NCBI GenBank assembly: GCA_012862495.1
Contig: BLSG01000397.1
Location: forward strand, 75,066-138,289
Direction of reading: 5' to 3'
DNA from: Thraustochytrium aureum
Taxonomy: Eukaryota
DNA: 63,224 nucleotides
Shown here: one piece after another, positions 53,501 to 63,224 of the stretch
Numbering within the stretch: the first letter of the stretch is position 1
Layout: each line of letters opens with the position of its first letter
Program-made: the position numbers and the translations under genes
Notes under the pieces: model-generated
Told to the model about the DNA's origin: nothing
Seen by the model: only the letters and a program-made list of their open reading frames with translations
Database searches by the model: none

Positions 53501-56500
53501 ATGCTCGGGCTGGAGAGCGCGCTTCTGCGGGCGCTTGAGGTCTACTTTGGCGAGTACGTGGAAGCAATCAACAGAGAGCAGCTCAAAGTTGGCGTGCTGA
53601 AGGGCAAGGTTGTACTCCGAGACCTGAGCCTGAAGCGCGACGCGCTCGTCTCGCTCGGACTCCCACTCTCCATACATGAGGGCACCGTCGGCGAAATGGC
53701 CATCCACGTCCCTTGGTCAAAGCTCGCCAGCGAGCCAGTGGTCATCATCGTTAGCCAGGTTCGAGCGACCATCGGCCCCGGCGGGCCAGAGTCGAGGCCA
53801 AACGCTGCAGCCGACACCAAGGCGTCCGGAGGGGCGCCTACGCGAGCGCAAACCTACAAGCTGGAGCGCCTGGAGGCTGCCGAGCTGTTGTGGCAGCAGT
53901 TGGCAGCAGACGACGAAGGGGCCGGCTTGCAGGCACAAACTGTCGCTGGCACGCCAACGGCCCCAGACGCCCCGAGGCAGGCTAGCGAGGCTCCACCAGG
54001 CACCAAAGAAGCCTCACAGAGCGACCTGCCAGGCTCGCCGCTCACCACAACGGGGAGTTTTCGGGCCGGCGTGTTCCGCTGGAAAAGGTCCACCAAGCGA
54101 AAGACCTCGTTCAAGAAAAAGCTGTTGGCAAAGATTCTCAACAATGTCTCTGTCCAGGTGCGCGACGTCCGTCTGCGCTACGAGGATCTGCTAACGAGCC
54201 CCTTGCACCCTGTGCGCCTCGCCTGCGCGATCGACACAGTCGCGCTCGGCACTGTCGACAGGTGCACGCGCAAGCCCACGTTCTTCGCCCCGTCTTCCTC
54301 CGCGGCCGCGGCCGATTGGAAAAGCCCCGGGCTTCTCTTGCGGTCGGCGCGCATCTCGGGCCTTCAAATCACCTGCGACGCCGGACCTCGCCCTCCAGCG
54401 AGTGCAGCCAAGGCAGCTTTGCCACCTCTCCTCGACCCAGTCGACATTTCCTTACTCTTCCTGCACGCCCAGGACCATGAAACGCAAGAACGACTCGGCG
54501 CACGCCTCACAGTTGCGATCAACGCTGGCCCAGTCCGCCTCAGCGCCTCAGAGAGCCAATGCGGCGCGCTCGCCGTAGTCGCTGCCTCACTGTCGCAGCG
54601 CAAGCACTTGCCCCTCCATGCGGCTTTGCGAAAGACGCGGCCTGCCGCCCCGCCATCTGCCGCGCCGCGAGTGTGGTGGCGGTACGCCATACATGCCACG
54701 AGGGCAATCATCCGTGAGCGACGAAAATTGTCGCGCCGCACCTCGTTTGACCTCCTCGCTGCACTTAAGACTCGCGCAAGGTACATTGCGCTCTACAAGC
54801 GCAAACTCGACGTCATGCTCGAGGCGCCATCCACGCCTGACGACCAGCAAAAAGAGCTCCACGACGGCACGATACTCCTGCCGCGGACTTCAGCGAACAA
54901 GGCGCTACTTGCGGCGCTCGAGGAGATCGAGCGCGACCTAGAGATCGACACCGTCCTTCTCTACCGCCAGATGGCTTACAAGGAGCGCGGCACCCCGGAC
55001 TTTGAGTCTGGCCACCTCGCCTTGCGCACCCCAGCAAGTAGCGAGGACTTTGTGGTGCCATCAGGGGACGAAGAAGTCGCTTTCGATGAGCAGCCCCTTG
55101 CCGCCATCGCCGCAGGCGCTCATGATCAGGCGCAACTCTCGCAATCACCAGGCCCAGACGACTCAGCGTCGCAGGCAGGCACTGGGCCAAAACGCAGGCT
55201 CGGGCGGCCGGCTTGGATTCGCAAGGGCTAAATGTCTTGCGCCCGAGCGCAGCGAGCCTCGCAGCGGCCGCGACCGCCAAGCAGGCCAAGGAGGCGACAA
55301 TTCGTGCTCTGGGACCGGCCGCGCCGACCACAACGCAGCAACAGGCACTGTACGAGTCTGTGCTGCAGGACGTTACCCTCGAGCTCGACTTTGCAGCTTT
55401 TAGTACGCAGTGGCCAGCCTTCGGTGCTAGGCACTTGCAGCTCCATGTCAGCGGGCCAGAGTTTGCCATTTCTGTTGCTCACGGCACCGACGACAGGCCT
55501 CTCCTCCAGCTCCGCGTCGAGCATCCGGCCGTTGACCTCGCAACATGCTCGATGCCAAAGGCACTCCAGCTCAAGTTGGGCCTTCGCCGCTTTCATCTAG
55601 ATGCGGTGCAGCCCGACAGGGCGGACCACCCCATGATCACGCTCGACATGCTGCCCCACCAGGACGAAGCTGGGCAGTTGTCTGAAAGGCCCGCTTCTGC
55701 GCTGCCATATGCCTCCATTGCGCTCCAGGCCCTGCAGCGCGCCCAAGAGGCAGCGCAAAGCGAGGCCGCCGCACCCTCGCCGGACGCCTCCGCGCCAGAG
55801 TCCGCGAAGCATTCGCCCCTTATTAGACGCCGCCATTCCCTGACATCGTCGTCGTCGGCCTCGCTTCGCCGCCGCCGCCGCTCAGGCGCAAGTCTCGCTG
55901 CAGGAGACGCTTTCCAAGATGCAGATGCGGCCGTTCTTGGTGGTGGAGAATGGTCCAAGTGCCTCTTCCACCTTCACGCCATAGGGGACACGCATTGCCA
56001 TGTCCACTTTAGGGTGCCCGAGCTTCGCGTCGATTTACGCCAGCCTGACCTCCTCCGGGTGTGGGAGGTCGCCTTGCGACAAGGAGCAGCACGTGGCCCA
56101 TTCATCGTGCCGCGCGACTCGACCACGTTGGCCGCTCCTGCAGAGCCTCGCTCTGGGCTCGCAGCCCGAATTCTCAGCTCGTCGCTAGATTGCCAATTTG
56201 GCAAGTTCAGCTTGGCCGCGCCAGAGCTCGACAGCCAGGGCAACGGGGTACTCATTGCGACGGACTATGCCGTGGCGCGCTCTGCTGCGGCGCACCCTTT
56301 GCCCGAAGGAGGGCTGACAGATCCGGCGCAGCCTCCTCTACTCCCGCAAGATGGGAGCCCGCAGGTTCACACGATTTGCGTGGAGGGTCTCAGGGTGGCG
56401 CGAACGGCCTCGGAGGGCGACCTGCACGCCGAGTCTTGCTCTGTCTTAAGCCCCACCGACGTTGGGCTGCGCGCCAGTTTCAAGGACGACAGACTCACCA

Positions 56501-59500
56501 TCCAAGGCAACCTGCCGCTTGTACAGCTTCGTATCACGCGAGGCGCTCTGTTGGCAGTTCGCGCGGCGGCCAAGCTCTGTGCGCTCAGGTTCGGCCCGCA
56601 CCAGCCACAAGCGAAAACGGGAAGCGGAATCAAGGGTTGTTTTGGGCGGCCTCGGCCTCGCCGGCCTTACGCTCGAGCTTGTGGAGAACGACTCTCGCCC
56701 GCAGTCCAACGGAGCATCGCCTCACATGTGGGCGCGGGCCAAAGGGCTCGAGCTGTCGAGCGAAACGGTCGGCAGGGGCCCGGCAGCCAGGACGGAGCAG
56801 TCCCTGAAGCTTTCGTCTCTCATCGTCGAAGACCGAGCAGCGCCAAGCTTGCTGAACCGGCTTGTGCAAGTACAGAGCGACCTCACACTGGTGTGGTCTG
56901 GTGGTCGCCTCTCCAGTGTCGTTGGGGACAACCTCGCGCTGGCGTGGAATCACACTCTCCCAGACCTCTATGCCGCGTTTCTCAGACCAGTCGTCCTTGC
57001 GCCAAGTGCGCAGCTGTTGGTCGGTCTCTGCAGCGCTAGCGCCAGTCCCAGAGCTAGAGCAACCTCGAGCGGCACGGGAACGGCAACCTGGCCAGCATTC
57101 CGCATCGCCAACTTGCGCTTCGAGCTGCGCGAAGAAGCGCTTTCGCGAGGGCTTGTCAGGCTGCAGGGCAAGCTTGACGTCGAGGCGGACGGGTCACTGA
57201 GGCTTGGCCGCCTTGTAGTGGCAAGCTTGATCTCTGGCGCACCAGGCAACCCCTTTCACGTTCTCGCAGAATCGCGCCACGACACTGTCTCCAAGGCGGA
57301 CGCCTCCCGAAACGATGGGGCCGTCGCCCAACCGTACGGAACCGTCGCAGCAAGATTCCCCAGCGGTGGCGGCCCGGCGTCTGTTTCAGTCACAGGGATG
57401 CGCTTCGTGCATTACCACAACATCTTCAAAGAGCTTGTCGACTACGCCGAGTATGGCATNNNNNNNNNNNNNNNNNNNNNNNNNNNNNNNNNNNNNNNNN
57501 NNNNNNNNNNNNNNNNNNNNNNNNNNNNNNNNNNNNNNNNNNNNNNNNNNNNNNNNNNNNNNNNNNNNNNNNNNNNNNNNNNNNNNNNNNNNNNNNNNNN
57601 NNNNNNNNNNNNNNNNNNNATGGCCAGAGCAGCGCAAGGCGGCGCACGGGTCCGTCGAGCTCGGGGCCTCTAGGTGCGACGTCGATTTCAGCCTCGACGC
57701 GAGCTCGGGCTCGCAAATCGGCAGCGCGGTCCTCAGCAACGTGCACGCCCGATCCGTCTTTGCCGACGAGCCCACAACAAGCATCCTAGAGGAGAGCGAC
57801 GGCCTCAAAATGACCTGCGACTGGACCCGTGCGCCGTTCACGGACGACGAGGCGGCCGCACGACGGGCGCTCTATGTTGCTTCCAGAGACGGCATCCGGG
57901 CCTGGAAGGGCGCTCCGTCGGGCAAGGGGTTCCGCAACCTTGTGGAATGGGCGATATCGGGCCACAAGTCGCTCGACCTCTCCATCACACAACGCCAGTA
58001 CCACCTGCTCAACATCGTGCTCAGCGAAAACATGACGGACTGGAACAGCCCTGTGCACGTCTGCAAACCAACTGGGTGGGCCGCAGGTCCTGGCGCACAG
58101 TTTGCTCACGAGGACGGCCCTGACGACCGCCGTCGCTGCTTTTGCGAAATGCTTCCAACGGAGCAAAGGGTCGTCGAGCTACAGGTCAAGGCTAAGGGAC
58201 CCCCGCTCACGCGCGTGCGCCTGGTTCCAGCAGGATCCCCTGGCACGGAGTTTTTCGTTGAGCTCGAGCACTATTCAATCGAATTCACAGAGTGGCTCAA
58301 GCTCGGCCGCCAAGGTGCTCACTCTGCGGCGAGGTTTCGTGTCGAGGCCGTCAGACATGATGGCACGGCCCACGGAGCGAGCTCGACCCGACGTGTCCTA
58401 GAGACTGGGCCTAATCCTCGCGTTGACATGGAAAAGACCACGGCCCGCGACACGAGGTTTTCGGTGGTCACTGACGCGCTCGAGGTCGCGGCCGACCCAG
58501 GGACGCTGCGTCTCTTGCTGATGTTTTTTGACGGCAACCATGCGGAGCGAGTTCACATGAGTTGCCCGGTTGAGCTTGGGCCAGACGAGCTGCTCCAACG
58601 AAGGCCCAAGGCGACCTTGCGGGAGATCTCCGTGCAGCGCCTCCTTGTGGAAGCATACGCGCCACACTCCCCCACAATCGCGGCCGTCGGTAAAGTCAAG
58701 CTGCGCAACACGCGTACCCGCGAGCAACAACGCGTCGTTGAGCTCACGATTACGCTCGAGTCCGTGGCGCAGGCCGGCGGTGAGGCGATCCTGGGTCGCC
58801 CTGTTTGCGTCGACTATCAAGAAACCAAGACGCCGGAAAACCCCAACAGCCTCGAGCACCAGCGTCGAGTTTCCCTTACGGTGGAGGAGGTGTTGCTCGG
58901 TGCAACCCAGGTGGCGCTCGATGAGGTTGTCCAGACGTTAAAGTCCTGGCAAGCACACATCGTCAAGCCTGGGGAGAAAGCGCTCCGGCGCGCAAAGCGG
59001 GCCTTCTACGGCACGCAAGCCTCCCACAATGTCCCCAAGCACGTCAAATCAACTTCGGTGTTCCAGCTCGGCGGCCTGCAACTCCTTATTTCGGACCGCG
59101 CCACAGCGGTGCAAGGGCGCGCGCTGCCGCTCGTGTGCTTGTGCTCGAGCCCGCTGATCGCGCGCCAGGTCACAGAGACGCTTGCAGGAGCAGGCAGGCG
59201 AATCACCACGTACGAAGGCGACTTTACTGACGTGACGGCGCCTTCCTCTTTCTTGTCAGGGGCCTCACGCTTCCGCTCAAACGACGACGTTTGGTGTGGG
59301 GCAAAGTCCAAGCAGGGCATTGTTATCGCGTCCTTCAACCTCCGCATTGCCAAGTGGGAGCCTCTTGTCGAACCGTGGGTTTGGGAGTGGACAGTGCAGC
59401 GTACGAGCAACTTTATCGTCAAGCAGCCGTCAGCCGTCGCGGTGCAGATACACGCCCCCCGCGCGCTGAACCTCAACCTCTCGTACGAGTCATGCAAAGC

Positions 59501-62500
59501 GGCGAGCTGGGCCTGGGCTGTTTTAAAAGCAGATCGCCTGACCCGTCGTCGGGACTCGCAGGGCCCCGGACACGGCCATGCCGATACCGATCCAAGCGTC
59601 TTGGTTGCTGTTCGAGACGGCACTCGGCCACCGAGCCTCAGCGTGGCGACGATCTCCACTGTTCCCGAGGGAGCCCGTGCGGATGCCCCGTATGTTGTGG
59701 AGAACCAGACGGGTATCACCATAGCGATCCGTGACGGGTCGATCGGGGCTGCAAGCGCACGAAATAGCGATGACGGCTCGTTGGCCGATGATGGGGCGGC
59801 TCCAGAGCAGCTAGTTTACAATCAAGGGTCGGCTTCGTTCTCCCCTGCGGCACCGAGCGACGGGCAGCTTGGGATAGCTGCGCTCTCGATTGCGTGGCGT
59901 GGCGGGCCGGAGCACGCCTGGCACGACCTCGTCGGCATCCCGCTTGCCGACGTCGGGACATTTGTGTACACGCTGTATCCACGATTTGGCGCCACCCTGG
60001 CTGAAGAACCTACCAGTATGGTTTCCAAGCTCGCCGTGGACGTCTTTCCACGGGACGGGAAAATGGTGGCGCGACTGCGGTCCGTTTTCCGGTTCACCAA
60101 CGAGACGGACGCCAGCGTCCAGGTCCTCGTTCTGCCTGGAGTGGACCCCAATCACGCACCACCAGTGCGCCTTCGCTGCGTCAGAGCTTGGCCCCGTGGA
60201 GCCGGGTCGGGAGCTCTTCCTACCGCTCACCGCTTTCCACTGCGCGCTGACCGTCCGCCCGGTCGACGGGCCTGACGGGCAAGCCTTCGACTGGTGGGAG
60301 GGCTTTGAGCTCAAAACGATAGAGACTGGGGCGGTCAAGGGCGCCCGTTCACGCCAACGCACACGGACAGATTCGAGCGGAGCGAGAAGGTCCGGGCCTG
60401 CGGCGCCGCCGGGCTCTCCCGTTCGCGAGGCCATGTCTCTCAAACTCGTTTGCACGCGGCGTGCGGCGCCTGAATTGCGTCCGTTCGTTGCAAGCGTGCG
60501 AGTCGACACTGTGCAGGCCTCCAACCCGCTCCACCTCAAGGCGGTCCATGACCTCACCTTGCTGCCGGGCCTCGTGATCGACAACCTGCTTCCTCTGCGA
60601 CTCTCGATCCAATGGTGCGCGAATGATGATGCTGACAGCCCCACCCCGCTCGGGCTTTTCGAGACGGGAGGCCTCAACCCCATCGAGCCAGGCTCGCGCG
60701 GCTGCCTCCAGGTGCCCACGCTCTCCTGGCTCCGCCTGCGCCTTCCGCTGAGCCGATGGAGCGAGCCTTGGCGGGTGGGCATTCCAGAGCCCGTGCGCCA
60801 AACCAGCAGGAAAGCGGCTTCTGCAACGGACCCTGACACCGGCTGCGCTGTTGGCCCTTCCTTGTTTTGCTAGACAACGGCCTGGGCGAGCAGCTGCGTG
60901 TTGTTCTTGAGGTCGCACCCTCGTCGGCGCACAGCTTCAAGATTGTGGTTTTTGCCAGCACGTGGCTCCTGAACCGGACGGGCATGGCGCTGTCCTTCCG
61001 TCCAGGCGATCCTCGCTCAATCTTTGCTGCGCATGGCAAGCTGGGCCAAAGCGTAGCAGATGGGGTGAAGCGGGCCGCCGGCGCAAGGGCGGCGCGGCTG
61101 GCCTTCAAGCATGGCCAGTCCGTGCAGGTCCGATTGGCTCGACATGCCTTGGACAGTGCTTCAGATTGGGTTGCCGCCGTGGTGTTCCAGCTCAACCCGG
61201 CTCAGGCCACCTACGACCTGCTCCTCGAAACCGGTGAACTCGAACTCGATGTCGAACCTAGCCGTGTGCGGAGCCTCAGCGAAGTTACGGCTGGGGACTC
61301 GAGCGACGAAACCGTCACTGAAGGCAGCGTGGGGGACACCAGGGAGGAGGACACCGCGGATGATGCGTGCACCCCTGGCGACAGTCACAAGGACACGCTG
61401 GGCAGCGCTGACCAAGCAGTCGTAGCGTCCACGCTCGACAGCGCTGACCAAGCAGTCGTAGCGTCCACGCTTCACGCAGCGGTCGCCGAAGACGGCTTAG
61501 TCTCGACGCCAGAGCCGGCGCCGTTGCTGACGGCCAGCGCTCTTGTTGAAGGGCTCGAAGACCTGACTCTGTTCTCCGAGAGCCCGCAGCTGTCGGTGCG
61601 CATGTCGCAGTCGGATTGGTCAAGCGCGTTCAACGTGGAGACGGTTGGCGCCAAGGGCACAGTCCTGCTCCCAAGGCGCGGTGGGTCTGGGCCACGCGGT
61701 CACAGCGCAGAGCACTACGAGATCGGGGTGCAAGTGAGCTTGGCCCCAGCCGAGTTTCGCAGAACCAAGATCGTCACGTTTATGCCGCGCTACATTCTCG
61801 TCGGCGAGGGGTTTGGCGGCCACCCAGGCGACGAGCAGCCCGACTTTGACCGCATTGTAGTTGCACAGAGCACCAACATGCACCGGGGCGAACCCGTCCC
61901 GTCGACCGTGGTACAGCTCGGCCTGGCGAAACCAAGCCGCTGTTTTACATGGCGAGTCGCACGGCGCGAAAGGCGTTGTCTGTCTGAGCCTCGAGCGAAG
62001 CGGCGAGGCCACGTCGCAATGGGGTTGGTCTGGCGCATTCAGCATTTTGCTTGACCTGGACACCGCAGTCAAGGTGCGAAATGTGGCGTCTGGAGCGGTT
62101 CGCGTCGTGCGCGTGCGCGTCGAGGTGACGGAGGCCACCTCCGTGGTGCGGCTCTCCATCGACAGCGACACGGGGCCCAGCATGTACCGAATCGAGAACC
62201 GCACGAGCGAGCCGATTCACTACTTTCAGCACCTGGGGCTCGGCCGCCGCGCAGCGTTTGTCTCGACTGGAAAGGCCGCCATTGAGGGCGCCACAAACGT
62301 GGCGGGCGTCGAGACTGCGACCGGGGCTCGCGACTCGAGCGGGCGGGCGCAAAGCGGATTCCCTGCCCTTGGACGGGTCGAGCCGGCCGCCCGTGGCGTC
62401 GTCGAGCGCGTGCTTCCTGGTGAGTCGCGCGCCTTTGGCTGGGACGAGCTCAACATGGTCAAGCGCGTCGTCGTGTTGTCCTTGCACGGTGATACTGCGC

Positions 62501-63224
62501 TCTTCGGCTGCGAGCTTGATGAGCTCAACCAGCGCCGCGAGCTTGGCGGCCCGGAAGTCTGCGGGCGGACCTTTTTCGATGGGTCTACCAAGGTCCTGGT
62601 CCTCGCGGATGCTTCGGGGAGCGGGCAGGGCGACGACGAGCTCGCTAGCGCCCCCCGAGACAACGAGCTGACAAGCTCGCTTGTCGTGCAAGTGGGCATT
62701 TCTGGCATCACCCTCTCCGTGGTGGACAGCATGCCTCAAGAGCTCTTGCTGGTGACCTTGGGCGAAGTCCTGGTCGACTTTATCCAGCACCCGAATGCAG
62801 ACCGGTCCTTGGAGCTCGTTGTGGGCTGGGCCCAGGTGGACAACCAAACCGTGCAAGCCCGGCTGCCGATTGTGCTGTTCCCCACACCGCGCGAGGTGGC
62901 GGGCTCGGCGGTGGCTGCTGCCTCATCCGGCCAGAGCCGCGTTGCCGCGGACGAAGCCCGCAAAGAAAACGCTTTCATCCACCTGAGCGTGGTCGAACGC
63001 AACGCATTGCAGTCAGAGCATTGCGTTTTCTTTGAGTACGTCGGGCTGTCTGTGCGGGAGTTTGACGTGATGGTGGAAATGGCCTGGGTCCTGCTTGTCT
63101 GGAGACTCGTGAGCGAATGCGGGGCCCTCCCAGAGGCGTGCTTTGAACACGCAATGTTCTTGCGCCGCGGCGAGGACCATGAAATTGGCGCGCATGAGCA
63201 GGCCGGCACGTCCGACGCTGGGAC
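53501..63224 (+). CDS. VPS13: VPS13-family bridge-like lipid transfer protein, 3' end beyond window; about five frameshifts and one gap
   Basis: Chorein-N LEVYFGEYVE..QLKVGVLKGKVVLRDLSLK..GLPL..G..IHVPWSKL..PV; KILNNVSVQVRDVRLRYED; WWRYAI; FNLRIAKWEPLVEPW; PYVVENQTG; WSSAFNVETVG; RTKIVTFMPRYIL; WSGAF; YRIENR; QELLLVTL; QVDNQ. Confidence 0.88.

Noticed and set aside
53501..63224. VPS13 as a pseudogene or as several separate genes
   Set aside because: Family motifs occur in the correct order across the frames, and the same indel pattern affects essential genes elsewhere in the window.

Overview
GC-rich, intron-poor, gene-dense eukaryotic draft scaffold with nine N-gaps. The gene content, microsatellite-rich intergenic DNA and recurring CAAG(N)ATG start context suggest a stramenopile, possibly a thraustochytrid/labyrinthulomycete (inference only). 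About 25 protein-coding genes are supportable: a CaMK-type kinase (runs off the left edge), two 2OG-Fe(II) oxygenase-like proteins, bL25, a TSP1 membrane protein, ornithine aminotransferase, a GT23/FUT8-like fucosyltransferase, a La-related protein with two introns, flavohemoglobin, a HINT3-like hydrolase, an EF-hand/IQ voltage-gated K+ channel, Prp19, a divergent 14-3-3, a steryl-sulfatase-like enzyme, a THAP-like protein, Paf1, an SRPBCC protein, a GPH/MFS_2 transporter and VPS13 (runs off the right edge). The most striking element is a co-oriented block at 39-50 kb. It holds a GPH glycoside transporter followed by two class C-type (7tm_3) GPCRs whose ectodomains are bacterial-type ABC solute-binding proteins, one sugar-binding and one BMP/PnrA nucleoside-binding. 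This is a candidate nutrient-sensing cluster. About ten single-base frameshifts in otherwise intact genes are most likely sequencing errors. No rRNA, tRNA, CRISPR array or intact transposon was recognised. All family assignments come from motif recognition by eye; no searches were run.
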